The notes under the pieces are model-generated. The model ran no database searches. It had not been told where the DNA came from and worked only from the letters and a program-made list of their open reading frames with translations. Both the position numbers and the translations under genes were made by a program. From NCBI GenBank assembly GCA_000165425.1, contig CT868008.1:62001-126000 (forward strand): a stretch of DNA of 64,000 bases. Direction: 5' to 3'. Shown here one piece after another: positions 11,567-29,038 of this stretch (its first letter is position 1; each line of letters opens with the position of its first letter). The stretch comes from Paramecium tetraurelia (taxonomy: Eukaryota).

Positions 11567-14500
11567 ATGTCCAAAAAAAGACCTCCATCAAGATTTGCAG
11601 ATACTGCGTTATTAATAATGTCAAATCAAAAAGAGAGCGAAATTTAAAAGGATATTAAGTAGTAATTATATTAAGTTCCCTAAGAGGAGGAGCTGAATGC
11701 TGATTATGAAGAATTAATGAAGGCTTAAAACTTAAATAAATAATGGCAATAGATGAAATAGGAGGCTGAATATCAGGAACAAGTGATTTAAAAGAGAAAA
11801 TTGTAAAAAATTGAAGAAGAACAGAAGAGATTAGCAACAAAATTAGAGGAATTAATTAATTAGCCATCTTTTGATGAATATGAAGAAAAACACAAATTGA
11901 TAGCTTTAAAGAGGAGAATTGAATAAGATTACAAAGATGAAGTTGATAAATTGAAAGAGTAATTTTTATTGGCTAAAGAATTTGATGTAGAAAAAATAGT
12001 GAGAAAGAAAATAGAGATGGAAAAATTGATTGAGGCATAGAAGAAGAAGAATGAGGAATATGAAAAAATATAATTAGAATTGGCAGCTATAAGGGAGGTG
12101 GCGGAGAAGAAGGATATAAATTCCAAGAAAATGCTAGAAAATGCATTAAATAGAAGGGGAATACCTTAATAGTTGATAAGTGAGAGAGATAAGGTGTTAT
12201 TATCGAATGCAATATTGGATGACAGAGAAGAAGAACAAAGACAAAGAGATCGTATTTATGAGGAAGTTCAATAAAAAGTTCAATAAGAAAAGGAAAAAAA
12301 AAAATTAGAAACAGCTGAAAAACTTAGAGATATCAATTCGAAGAAATTTGAATTGAATGAATAATAAGAAAGAATATTGAAAGAGAAGGCATTTCATAAG
12401 GAATTGTAAAAGAAGGGATTAGACTTCCTAACTTAGATAGAGCTTGGAAATGCACCGCCATTAGACATACTGAAAAAGAATATTATAATGGATGAAGAGA
12501 AGTTAGACGAGTATAGATTAAACTATAATTTAAACAACATTGCTAAGAAGAATAAAAGGTATATTTTGAGATGATTAAAGATTTTTATAAGATGGAGTAA
12601 AAAGAATAGAATAAATACGGGAAGAGTAATACAATATTGAAGTTTAAGATCGACCATATAATGGAGAGATAAAACAATACCTAAATACAGTATAAGAAAT
12701 TTAATTAACAATTAGAGAAATGCTGAATCTCTATTTATTTGTCGAAAGATAGTAGATTATATAGTGGATAATTCATTACGAAAAATCTTGGAAAGAGAGA
12801 ATCGTATGCATATGCTCAAATAATAAAGAAAAGATTATAATTAAAAGGGGAAAAATCTAAAGAGAACTTAAAACTATCTAATAGATAGGGAATTTCTAGA
12901 GGAGGAAGCTGACAAGATCTTTGCTAGAGTTATGAGAAAAGTATAAAGAGAGGCAGCTAATGAAATAGCTGTTGTCAATCTATTAGCATAATCAGTAGCT
13001 TTGAATATTATTGTGAATTCAGTGAAATATGAAAGGAATACTACTAATCCTATTGATTAAATTAAGAAATTGTATTATGATTTAAGAGGAGAGAATATGG
13101 AGAAAAACATAACTGATTTGAAATTTAATTTCAAGAATAAGAATGAAATCTAATGGAATAAAGTAAAGAAAGGAAAGAAAAATTACAATACGGATGAGTT
13201 ATTAAAAATAATGAGGGAGAAGAAACAGTTAAAATAATTAGATAAGGAGGAAGACAAGAAGGATGTTCGCTAAGACGAAGAAATAGATGAATCTGATATC
13301 AATATACTTGATCCTGAAGAATTTCAATGTGTACCTACTTTGGGGTTGGAAAAGATTAAGGCTTATGAGATATAATATTGGGAAAAAATATCATTTGTTC
13401 ATCAAACTTTTAAAAACCATTATAGTAATATTAAAGCGGGTATCACACATATAGTGTTGTCACCTTTTAAAGACATGTTAATAATAGGAATGTCGAATGG
13501 AGAAGTAGCTTTGTATGACACCACTTCAGGTCCTGCCATAATAAGTGGGATAGTTCCATCATTCACAAAATCAAAAATTACAGATGTATAGTTTGGAATG
13601 GATAATGTCGGGCATTTATTAATACTAGATGAATCTGGGTTGATTAGAGTATGCTATATGGGATACAACTTAAAAGTGAATATTCCAAAAGAGTAATTAA
13701 AAGGCATTGAGTCTTTGCCAGAAGGATATCAACCAATGTTCTACGTGTAATATTTCACTCTCAATAATGATTTTTTGGCTAGAAATAAGAAATAGGAAGA
13801 GAAGAGACAGATATTAACATATAGCATATTTCATCCCTCAATTACATTTTCTTGTTTATAACCAACTTTAATGGTAGGAAGTAATAATGGAACGATTATG
13901 AAATATAATAGTAATGTTGACATGTTTAATGGACAAAATTACAAATTTCCGATTCACAATATTTTGAATACCAGAATCATTGTCAATGAAGATGAACAAT
14001 TCCCTAATGAAAACTTTCTAAATCTGCAAATATAGGAAGAACATGAGGGCAAGAATCCACATGTTTTTAGAGAATTTTTTGAGAATCACAGACAAGAGAT
14101 TGTATATATTGGATTCTTAGAGGAACCAGAAAAAATATTAACTATTGACAAAGGAGGCTATGTGAACTTATGGGAATATGATACAGGATATTATGATTTA
14201 AGAAAAAGATCTTTTAGACCTAAATCCAAATATAAAATCTAAATGACAGAAACCCAATTCACACCTGATACAACAGAAAGAAAAAAGTATTTTCCAGATG
14301 AGAACACAGATAATGAAGTTTAAGAAGGATATCAAAAATACGCAGAACTATTTAATAGTCCAGATGAGTGGATTAAATTATCAGAAAAGCCTTTGAAAGA
14401 TGGAGTTAATGAATTAATTATTTGTTATAATGAATTACCTTAAGACGGAGATACTGAAATCTTTGAAATTATCAGAGTGAATCATGGTATTCTATATCAT

Positions 14501-15066
14501 TATTATAGCTACTAAATAAATGATCGAAGGTTATACTCAAGATTACAAAGCTACAGAGAGTGAAAGGATTTATTGCTTTAGCTAAACCCTCCTTAGTCAA
14601 TAAATATATATATCTTGAAATCATAAAACCCCATATCATCAATCCAGATATCTTCTAGATTGAATTCTTGGCTATCAATACTCAAAATTTCAAACTCAAG
14701 AAATTAAGACCATTCATAGAAGCATCAACAGATAGAGTTGAATTTGATATCGTTGATAATTACTACCCTTTTATGGTTAGTTACTTGTTTGTACATTTAC
14801 CCTAAGGAATTTACATCATCTCTTTAGCAACTGGAACAATAGTCAAATAAATAATTGAACATATTCAACACGTAAGGGTATCCTTTCCTTAAAGAGAATA
14901 TATACCTAAAGGTATTTAGGTAATAGAGAACGAAGCTATGTTTTTCACATATGATAATTGCAACGGTTGTTGGAAATTATAAATCCAGGATGATAATGAT
15001 GACAATGAGAGCATGGCTCTTTATGATAACTATAGATTAGAATATGAGAAATTATTTCTATAATGA
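11567..15066 (+). CDS. Large protein: N-terminal coiled coil plus C-terminal WD40-like beta-propeller
   Basis: E/K/Q-rich N-half; later GITHIVLSP..DMLIIGMSNGEVALYD and KILTIDKGGYVNLWEY. Confidence 0.7.
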
Positions 15067-15233
15067 AAATTTATACACATCTTAAATTAATAACTTCTTA
15101 CTCTTTATTAAAATTACTAGCCTTGTATATATCTCATGTAATTATAAATCTTTAGATTCACCCAATCAAATTTCCATACTCTAAGTTATTATAATTGAGA
15201 TCATATATAATTCATCATATTAAATACATAAAA

Positions 15234-17606
15234 TCATTTAAGCTTCTATTTCTTTAACCTTTGAGCTTATTTTCCACTTCTAACATGCCCTAATTTATTT
15301 TTTAAGTCCTTTATTTTGCTTTTTATTCTTGATTCTTTATTCTTTTATTCAACTTTCTTGGCTCTCATCATTTATAATGGTTTATTCTTTTATTTTTCTT
15401 TGTTTGATGTTGAAGCAAATTCTGATTTCTTTTTATTGGGACCTTGATACCTTAAAAGATAAATAATAAGATTACCATTTTTCTTTAGTTCCATTTTTCA
15501 ATTCTTCTAACTTTTCATGCTTTTATTCTGATTTAGTTTTTCTATATCTCATGATATCCTCTTCTCTTACATAACCATGAGGATTCTCATCTGATACTTA
15601 ACTTTCATCTGAATAAAACTCTTAAACAGAATCTTCTTCCAAATCTGATAAAGATTACCTCCTTTTTTTATTTTATTCTTTTGTGATTTTGCTATCAGGT
15701 TTAATATCATCATCATCAATATCCTCATCAATATCCTCATCTTCGATGCTTTCATCTTCCCATTCTTCATTTTCATTCTCATTATCATCTAATTCTGCAC
15801 TATCTCCACTAATGTCTGAAATATCATCTTGATCATTCTCATCATCATCTTCAAAATCTTCCTCATCTTCATCTTCTTCTTCTTATTCAATATATTAATT
15901 TTTTTATTTATCTTAAAGTTTATTTTATTCAATTTCAGCTTCCTTCTTTCTTTTTAATGCTCTAATTCTTTTAAAATCGTCGTCCGTTAATATTCTATCG
16001 CAATAGATAGGAATATCAAATTTCTTGTTCAATTTCTCTTCTTCTTCTTATTGTAACAGATCTGCGCCATCTATACCTACTGTTATTTATTATATAAAAT
16101 TATCATCGAATTCACCATCCAATTCTTCTGTACTCTTCCATTTACTACCTCTTAATCTTTTATCTAATAATTAAGGATTTGTATCTTTGAAATGATTCAA
16201 TATCGATCTTGCAGCTTAACTGACATTTCTATTTTTATATTTGATGTAATGAATTAGATAAGTAATATTTTCTTTATCTAAAATCTTTGGGTGCTTTTAT
16301 AGTATTTCATATATTCCTCTTAAACCCATAGTCAAGGTTAGTTCTTAACATCTATCATTAACAAATTGATCAATTAAATGCCTGATCGTTGGCTATAAAT
16401 CCTCCTTTGGAATTTAATCGTGTATAGATTCAGCTAAATAAGCGAATAACTTTGCCACATCCTTACTATTTGGATATAAATGCTTTTGAATATAAGTATA
16501 AAAAGGTATTAACAGTAATTTATGTCTGTGGATTAATCTTGATATCAAGTGCATCATAGCCAATTTAACAGAGAATCTTTCACTATCATGTTTTTTTAAA
16601 TTATCAAATAATCTTTCAGCAAAATCTTAGGGAGAATATATTTAATCTAAAGCAAAGAATCCTCCACTGCTACTTAATCTTTACAATTTCTTCCTTTATT
16701 TTTTGTCTGCCATTTTTTTTTCTCTCTCAACTCTATGTTCTCTGGCCTTAGTTGGTTTTACGCATTTGTTTTTTCCTTTTTTTTAAATATATTTATCAGC
16801 TTCATCCTCTGATGATTCAACTTCAACATGAGTTTCTGTTGTTTCTATTAAGAAATAACATGCCAATAATTTAATTTTGTAGTTTTAATTAAAACAACCT
16901 TGTGCAATTATATTTACACACTTATTATCTTTCCATATATTTTTTCTATATAATTCAATCATTATTTAAATTGCTCGCTTAGCAATATTTTCTTATGATT
17001 TTTTAATTAAATCAATAATAAAATTCTAAGGATATATATAAGTTTACCTAAATTTATTTATTTAAAGTTTCATTTCTATGTTTCTTATTAAATTATTTGA
17101 TGTCTTTGATAATGAATCTAAAAATAATTCTTCTTAAATCTTTATCTTAGCAGTTAAACAATTTCATCAAAAATACAATCATCCTATAAGGTTCAATTAA
17201 ATTTTTGCCTCGTAACCTTAATAAACAAAAGATGATTCTCTTTCTTAAACCTTAATTTAATGTATTTTAGAAATGGTTTATTAGTTCCATCAAATCTTCA
17301 ATGTAAAATTTCATGTCTGTTTTATAATATACAGCAACCTTTGACAGAAATTAAGCAATTATGCTAAACTTGCCATTACTTTAGCCTGGGTTTTATTTAA
17401 CCAATTCAAATTACTAAAGAAATTGATTATATACATACCTATTTATATAATTCAACAACATTTAAGACTTCTTTGACATATAGGTCTGGAGCTTTAAATA
17501 CTTTGAGTTATAGAGCTACAATTCGTTCTAAGAGCTGTCTACACTCTTCTTTGTATTCTTTGGATTTAGTTGAAACATTTTACTACACATTTTCCTCTTA
17601 ATTCAT
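15234..17606 (-). CDS. SDA1: SDA1 (60S ribosome biogenesis)
   Basis: IMIELYRKNIWKD..VNIIAQGC; RLIHRHKLLLIPFYTYIQKHL; QFVNDRC; VSQAARSILNHFKDTNPQLLDKRLRG; acidic tract and basic C-terminus. Confidence 0.9.
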
Positions 17607-17699
17607 AATTAAAAATATTAAATAATTAGTAATAATAAAATTAATTTATATTATTAACACATTTCCATGATAACTTGATTTTTTATTTATATAGTCTCC

Positions 17700-18723
17700 T
17701 GTTAGTGTTTTTAATTATCATGGAAATCAAATACTATTCAAATTTATACTTACTTAAATCAAACTTACTTACTTAATCAAAATTTCTAAGCTATGCAAAG
17801 TAGGTTCGGCTAAATCTATTTAAATCCTCTTCTCTTAAAGCGAACATTTAATATATTAATTTATGTATATTCTGTCAATTATATTCTGTTACGAATGATC
17901 TTACAATTCTAATGAATAACCTAATTTAGTTGAAGATCATTAAAGAGATTTTGAAATCGTTTAATTTCTTAATACAACTGTAACTCTATCTTAGCCTTGT
18001 CTTTTATCTAAAATATAATGATTTACAATATTAACATTTTAGTAAACACAAGAATTTAAGATATAAATGTGATTTTTGTTCTTAAAATAATTTTTATTTA
18101 CTATTTTTTCTAATTCACATTGAAATAGATCTTAGTTTTCATTTGATTTCATTATTAAAAATTCATTAATAATGTTATAATATGAATAAATATATTGATT
18201 TAATCACCAAAAATCTGATTCCGTTTCAATTTTGTCATTGAAAATTCTTTACTCAGTATTTTTAATGAAATTTCTAAAATTTAGCAAAATAATATCTTAT
18301 ATTCATTTCATCCTTCCCTACTCTTTGATATTTTGAGTATTTGGTTAATACTAATTATTATTTCTGCCTTTCTCATCAGTTATCGCATTTAATTAATCAT
18401 ATAATTTAAAGTTTGCTCTTATTTTACAGCTAGTCTTAAAAGGACAACAAATAATTAAATTTATTTATTTTTAAGTGCTCCTTATTAATTAAAATTACTT
18501 CAATAATTTTTATCATTAATATTTCTTATAAAATATATGATTTTAAATACTTGTAAATTTTATTACTTGATTTATTAGAATTGCGATAAAGAAATAATAG
18601 TTAATATAATTCTACATTTCCTTAAATACAGGCTTTGACTATGAGGTATTTCACCAAATCTTTATTTCGTTTTAAAACAAAAGCTGACTTATCTATGACA
18701 AAATATAATATAAATATTTTCAT
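17700..18723 (-). CDS. Possible coiled-coil hypothetical protein (boundaries uncertain)
   Basis: Q/K/E-rich minus-strand frame; exon structure not resolved. Confidence 0.3.
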
Positions 18724-18761
18724 AAGTATATCAACAATGTACATATTTATAATCAATTTAG

Positions 18762-19037
18762 TCATTACCTTCTACTTCTGCTCAAATTAGAATGTGAGCT
18801 CTTTTTCAAAGGCGGTTTAATGATTTGATCAACACTCAAACTGGAAGAAGCAAGTAGTTTCTTTAACACAATGATATTTTATTATCGAGGACTCTACATA
18901 TCTAATGTATCTGGTGTTTACAACTATTCCTTACAAAGTATTTCTGTTTCCTAGTTCTAAGCTTAATTTAAAAATATAAATACTGATAACCCAAGAGTTG
19001 GTTTCTTATTCTTTTATTTCTATATAGTGCATCCCAT
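18762..19037 (-). CDS. Small protein with N-terminal MGC acylation motif
   Basis: MGCTIQKQKNKKPTLGLS[28-nt intron]NQETEILC...SNLSRSRRQ-TGA. Confidence 0.6.
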
Positions 19038-20429
19038 TGCAATCTTAAAATCAGTTTGAATTAAAAATAATGAATATTACATAAAGATGTTTTCAGGAAA
19101 TATCAAAATACTACACATTAATCATTATTATTAAATAAATAATATCTTAATAAATTGAATTAATACTTTATATTAATTATCAAATTTGATTTAAAGAAAT
19201 TTATATTCAAATGACGATATTAAAATTATCTGAATTAATCATAGATCTTCTCTCAAAACAATTAACTTCACAAAACCAAAAAATCAGATAATTATTTTTA
19301 ACATGTTTTCCTTATTATCAATTATAATTTTGCACCATTGCTTATACATCCCAACTGTTCCCTCTCTGTAGGATTAAATTAATTAGAAGAAAATTTGAGC
19401 ATAAGAATTGAATAAAGATAAGATCAATTATTTTCTACTTTTTTTTAAGACAATATATTGTTAAATATTACTAATATTTAAATTGATTTCTAAAGACTCA
19501 ATGTGAAGATATAAATTTAGTATCGTTTTCAAATGTAATCTTTTATAATATATCATATCATTATTATTTAAACAAAACATTCGTCGTTTATATGAAGCAA
19601 ATGTGTGTTTTTTTGATCATATAATAAATAAGTTTGAAAAATTGATTTTATATAATATTGATGTAAGAATGAGCTTGTTTTTGAATGATATAGTATTTAT
19701 TTCAATTGTGCATACTATTTCAGTAATGTGATTGAAATCTATATTTTAACATCAAAATCTTTGAATTTTCTGAAATTCTGAAAATATTTAAACATACAAT
19801 ATTAAATATATAATTTATTTTAAAACTTATTGTTCATACTTTCAACATATTGAAAGCCTAATCTATATTATTTACATCTATAAATATTAAAAATTTCAAT
19901 ATATATTATTTTTGTTTTTATCTATAGATATTTTGATAGATATTAGCATCTAATATGAAATTCACAATTTTTTTAAATAAAATGATAAAAAAGCATCGAA
20001 TACTTGATTCCTCATCAATAAAATACAATTTTTTTAAGAATCAAATTTAATATTATGGAGCAATTAATTAAAGAATTGCATCTGTGAAAAAAAGATCATA
20101 AATAACTTTGTTCATAACACAATGATTAATTCTATTAAAATAAACAATAAAAGATTATATGGAGCAGTACAATATGATGAAAAAGATATTTCAAAAATTA
20201 AAAGAAAAGATGCTAAAAATATGTAGAGAAATTCAATTTTTTTCATATAATAAATTAACTTATGGCATAAAGCTAAGAATTCAATTTGAATTATTTTGCA
20301 AAACGTTTACATGTTATTCTAATTAATTAGTGAGTTATCCTGTTAAAATTAAACCTTTTCTTATAAGAATTGTATTTTAATAATTAATTTGAAGAAATTT
20401 AACAATGATTATAAAATATTAATAAAATT

Positions 20430-23413
20430 ATGAGCAATTCCCGAAAGAGATTAATTCGCAATTCACCAGATAAAAATTCAAATCATACAGAAGCTCTATC
20501 AGATATTGAAGAAGAGTATAATCTTAACAATTATAAGTACGATGGCAAAAGTTAATATGATTAGAAAAAATAAAGTGAACAATAATTAAATGTCTAAAAG
20601 CAATCTTAACATTCAAAGGTAGAAAAACTAACAACACAGATTTCTGAAGTATTAGCAACACAAAAAACACAGAAATAGACTAAATCGTAAATTCCAGCAT
20701 AACCTTAGAAGAAACCATCCACTTAAAGAATACCAAATTAACCTAATTTATTTCAATTTTTTGGAAAGTGTGTACCAAATTAACCCTTCATTTGGTTCAT
20801 AAGGGAAACAAAAGGAGACAATGAAAAAACTGTCAGTCGATATTAATGTTGATGACATTAATATTGAAGAATAAATTGAAATAGAGAGAAAAATTTAAGA
20901 ATAAGTTAAGAACAAATCACAAACCAAACAATTAATGTAAGTGTAAACATAATAGCCTTAAACTCAGTTATAAAAATAGAATCCTTAATTAGATAATGGA
21001 AATGATATAATTTAACAATTAAAAAAGGTTGGTGTAGAGAAAAATAATAAAAATATTAAAGACTTAGGACCTGACATAAAATAAAGTTATGATATTTAAT
21101 TTGAATAATTGCCATAATCTTAAAAGAAGAAAGGAGCTGTATAAATAACATGGGAAAAACAAAACTCACTTAAGGTTTCAAAGCCAGAAAATAAAAAGTA
21201 AATGGATGTAGAAATAGAAAAATAAGATGTATTTAAAAACGACCCTGATTTACTTAATGGTTTAACGATAGTGTTGAGTGGTATATTAAATGTTTGTAGC
21301 AGAGACAAATTTGAATAGTTTTTAAAGAATAATGGAGCAAAGGTTACTGGGAGTGTTTCTGGAAAGACCAATTATTTGATTGTTGGAGATAAATTAGAAG
21401 ATGGTCGAAAGGGAGAGGAAGGAAATAAATTCAAAGAGGCAACAAAAAAGGGAACTAAGATTATAAGAGAAAATGAACTTAATAATTGGCTGGTCGATAA
21501 AATAGGAGTTGGAATAGATGAAATATTCCCAGATTCTAGTTTGTCTAAATTATTAAAGAAATCAGGATCAAAGAAATAGGATTAGTAGGAAACTGTATAA
21601 TCAGATTAAAATAGAAACTTTAGCTTAGCCGATAAATATATGCCAATGTCATTGTCTGAATTAGTTGACAATAAATCAAGTATAACCCAATTAAATGATT
21701 GGATATACAAATTCCAACATCCTAATTCTGAAGGAGATCAAAATCAAAAAATCAAAAAAAAAATTTATCCCATTAAAAATGGGTAGATTCTTAACCTGTT
21801 GGAAATATTATGTAATTGTATTATTATAAATTAAGGTCTAAAGCATGTCTAATAAGTGGTCCTCCAGGAATAGGAAAGACATCGATGGTAAGATTAGTGG
21901 CTGAAGCTTTAGGATTGAAATTAATAGTAAACAATGCATCAGACAAAAGAAATAAAGGAAGTTTGAGATCTGTATTAAATGATTTGATTGACAACAGTGT
22001 GCTTATGAATCTATTTAGACCAAACAAGGACTTTTTAATTGTAATGGACGAAGTAGATGGAATGACTGGATCAGATAGAGGAGGAATATCCGCTTTAATA
22101 GAATGTATAAAATCGACTAGAGTTCCTATTGTCTGTATTTGCAATGATATTGATAACCCAAAATTGAAATCATTGCTAAGTCATTGTTATAGCATTAAAT
22201 TTTAAAAACCAGAAGCTAAATCTGTGGCTAAAAGGTTAAAATATATCTGTGAATAAGAGAATATAAATATGAGTTTTGAAGATCTAGAGAAATTAGCAAT
22301 TTGTTTTGATTGTGATATTAGATAAAGCATTAATATGTTGGAACTTTAAAAATTTCAATCAAATACAAATTTGTTCTAGCCTGATGGATTCAAAAAAGAT
22401 AAGGTTTGTGTTTTTAATACGTTTAATGCTGCAGTAAGTCTACTAAATAGAAATCAAAGGATATAGATGTCTCTTAGAGATATGCTAGATATGTTTTTCT
22501 TAGATTATGACTTAATCCCTCTTATTATTTAAGATAATTACATTTTATCTAATCATTAGGACATTAACAATGTTGCAAAGGCAGCTGAATTAATTGCTGA
22601 AGGAGATATAATTTCTAAGAAAATCAGAAAGGAATAACAATGGTCTTTAATGCCTTCTTTTGGATTCTTATCAAGTGTTTATCCTTCTACTATTGTGGGT
22701 GAATAAATGGATTTCCCTAAATTTCCCTCATGGTTGGGAAAGAATTCGACGGCAAATAAAATCAAAAGAGAAAGACATTAAATTAAAAATAGATTGGCTC
22801 CCATTACTTATCTAACATCAGATATCAAATTATATTCTAAATATTTATTCTAATTAATAAAATAATTATTAGAATTAAAAGTACTTAGAAATGATAGAGA
22901 TGCTGTTTGGAATGTAGTTTAAATTATGGAAGAATATCGAATTACTCCAGATTTATTGAAAGAGGATCTCCATGATTAGATATTTAATCCATTAAAAGAT
23001 AATTTATTAAGTACTGTTAATGCTCAAATTAAAACACAATTAACAAAAATGTATAATAAAAGACATTTGATTTAGAAGGAAAAAACATCTAAAAAGAAAT
23101 AGGCCAATCCAGAAAGATATATAGTATTTATTTAATCTTATTTTAGAGTGAAAATTATAATCCATTAATTGGAGAAGAAGCTCCATTAGTTGAACAATCC
23201 TAAAAAGAAATCGAAGAGGAAGAAAATAAAAAGGAAGAAAAAAAAGAAGAGGAAATGGCATAAGGTACAAAATCTAAGAATGTGAATAAACGAACAAAGA
23301 AATAAAGTAAAAAAGAGACGAAAAAATTAAAATTAGTTGAGGACAGATCTTTTGATGAGGATTCTTAATAATCCTTAAATAATTTTATTGTTGATGATGA
23401 AGAAGATGAATGA
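20430..23413 (+). CDS. RFC1: Replication factor C large subunit
   Basis: BRCT domain (GLTIVLSG..GAKVTGSVSGKTNYLIVG), Walker A GPPGIGKT, Walker B MDEVDGM, NASDKR, QQWSLMP, FPSWLGKNS. Confidence 0.95.
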
Positions 23414-23546
23414 ATATTTTATCTTATGTTAACTTGGAAAAGCAAAATATATTAAAAATGTTCTTAAATTTCCAAATTTTGTTAATATCAGTATCTAATA
23501 ATAAATTGTTGTAAATAATTTTGCCATATATATATTTTATATTTTT

Positions 23547-25081
23547 ATGCAATAAGAGAAAGGAAGAGTTTACTATGGAAGATTTGTCCAAAAGGAGAAA
23601 TTAAGTTAAGGTATCATTATGGTCGATAAAAAGGATCTTTTGGAGTTGTTTATATTTGTCATGATAAAGTTACAAGAGATTATGTTGCCATCAAAGTTGA
23701 AAAAGAAAACTGTGATGTTATGAGTTTGGAGAGAGAAATTTAAATTATTGAAGAATTAAGAGGGATTGTTGGTAAATCTTTATTGTTAATCTTAGGAGTT
23801 CCAAAATTACTTTGGTATGGAAATGAATATAATTCAAATTGTATGGCTATGCAATTACTTGGAAAAGACTTATCATATTTTTTAAAAAGATATAAAAAAC
23901 TGTCATTAAAAACCATTTGTAACTTGGCAGAACAATTACTTACTATAATAGAAGAAGTTCATAAAAGGTATAATTATTCCATGATAAAAGAGGCGTTATA
24001 CACAGAGACATTAAACCTGAAAATATATTAATGGGAAGAGGAACTGATTCTCAATAAGTCTATTTAGTTGATTATGGTATTTCTAAAAAATACCGTAATA
24101 ATGGCTAGCATATGTAAATAAAATACATTGATATTTTAGACCATTTTAAGAAAACAAGCCATTTATGGGAACAACACGTTACGCTAGTATCTCAGCTCAT
24201 AAAGGTTATGAATTGTCAAGAAGAGATGATTTAGAAAGTCTTGGATATGTGTTCATATACTTATTAAAAGGTACCTCGTTAAATTCATTGTAGGAAATTT
24301 ACCATGGTAAAATATTACATCGTCCTCAGACAGAGAAAAAACAAGGTTAGTGGGCAAATTGAAGATGGAATTAGAAATGAAAGAGCTATGTAAAGGACTT
24401 CCGAATGAATTTTAAAGATATATGGATTATGTATAGAAATTGAAATTTGCAGCCTCTCCAGATTACAAATACTTATTTAGTTTACTCTAAAAAATGGCCT
24501 AATAAAATGGAATCAATTTTGATAGAAAATTTGATTGGAATGATAATTAAACTAGTTCTACCAAATCGTCTGATTAAGCATAACAATCCTTTAATGATAT
24601 TGATGTTTCAAATTTATAGGGGGATTATCTAAAGGTACCTGATATAAAAAAAAGTGAAAAGAGGAAATCTTTTTAAACCATAGAATAATATAGTTCTTAA
24701 TAATCTTCCGTTGTCTTAAATTATGTGCCTTCAGTTGTATCTAAAATAAATAGTAGATTAAAAGACAGTCATTATTAAAGATCTCGACAAAACTCAAAAA
24801 AGTCTCTATCTAGAGAATCTTCATTAATTCGATAACCACTTGGTCAAAGATTATAAGGCTAAATATTTTTTAACGGTGAATTCAGAGATTTGGAAGATAG
24901 AGAGAAGAGTAATCACGATGTTGTTAAAAATTAACTATAAAATAAGCCAAATAAAGTAAGCAATTTTGATGACTTTGATGATTTTGATGATCAGTTAAAT
25001 GATGATATTGGAATTTAAAATAATCTTAAAAAGGTAGGTGTTATACAAGTTCACTTTAAAGAACATCTATCGAAGTAATGA
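23547..25081 (+). CDS. Casein kinase 1 family kinase
   Basis: [57 protein letters not shown]; several tiny introns. Confidence 0.95.
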
Positions 25082-26006
25082 AAAATTTTGTATTTTATTA
25101 TTTAAATACTATGAATTCTAAATTTATAAAAAGTCAAAATAATTTTCTCTTTTTCCTACCATTCATTTTAATTCGAATATCAAAATAGTTAAAATGAGGT
25201 TGAAGATAGTTTCATATCTAATATTTAAGAGTATCTAACATAATTATATTTTATATATACCCTATTAAATGTGAAAAAAAAATATTAACTAGTTAATCAA
25301 ATAGATTTAATGACAATTTTGATGACACAATTTCCTTTATCGTAGGATTGCGTATAAAAGATAAATAAATTAGTAAAATTAGCATTGTTATTATTTTAAT
25401 ATTTTAGTTAAATTGAATTGGAAATTCGAAAATCTTAAAGTTCAAACCAAGTTTGATTTTGAGGCAATGATTTCCTACCTTGATTACAAATCGCCTCTAA
25501 CCTAAATATATACAAAATTGTTTCAGGAACAAAGAATCTTGAATAATTGTCCTGATGATGAATAGGAAAGCCCTAAAGATTCCTGTAACTCCATTAATGA
25601 AGACCTTATTATTAATAAACAGAGCAAAAAAGAAATATGATTGACTTACTCACATATATTAAGTTTATTACTCAAATTCCATTCGTTTTAATTGAAAATA
25701 TTTTAGTTTTCATCTTTTTAAATATATCACCGTTTTGATCTAATTCAACCTGTAAATATAGCAAAACTATTGTATAAGATTATATATTTTTATATTTACA
25801 GTTAGAGCAATATTATTAAGAGTTGTTAGATTAAAAATTAAAAAATATAAGAGTTATAATGAATGTATCAATATGATATTTCATAATGAAGAAAAATATA
25901 TTTGGCAGTTAATAAAAAAGAAAGAGAGAAAAAAATAATGTTGTAATAAATTGGATTCTGTTAATTAATTTTTTATAATAATGTGTTGTATAGTTTAAAA
26001 TATATT

Positions 26007-28379
<2,373 letters not shown>

Positions 28380-28417
28380 GACTCTTTTTTCAAAACTAAT
28401 ATTTAATATATATAATA

Positions 28418-29038
28418 ATGTTCAATCGTAAAAATTCCAATTTATTATTCCTTCCTATGCCTAAACCTATCAAAGATAAAACTCCTGACTATATGGAAAT
28501 AAGAACAGCTAGAAAACAATCAATTGAAAAATAACTTAGAAAAATTAAACAAAAAATTCCGCCTATTTAAACAGATCGCCATTATTCGAGTACTCAAGAT
28601 TTGTTAAACAAGGTTTAAGAATAAGTCCTATACAAAACAAGTATATTAAGTAGGAACTCATCGAATGCAACATTAATCCCTTAACCTAAAATACCAGAGC
28701 AAAAATAACAATAATAATAATAATAGATGCAAGAAAGAAGAAACGAAATTGATTTTGTGTTAAAGAAGCTTTTGAATGCTCAAACTATTGTAAATGAAGA
28801 ACCTTAGCAAATGACAGAACCAAGAATTTACAATCCATATTTTCGTTCTCCATCAGTATTACCTTCTCATCTGAAGGATACTTATTTCGATCCTGAGAAG
28901 TACCAAAACTTTTATGATAAACTTAATAAAAACAACTTAAAAGTTAATCATCAAGTTAGAACAGCCATACTCAATTACAGAAAATAAATGTTATCCAAAT
29001 AATAAAGAGTACCTAACTTTCTTAAATTGGTTTAATGA
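28418..29038 (+). CDS. Hypothetical protein
   Basis: 621-nt ATG..TGA frame starting MFNRKNSNLLFLPMPK, with a poly-Q tract. Confidence 0.65.
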
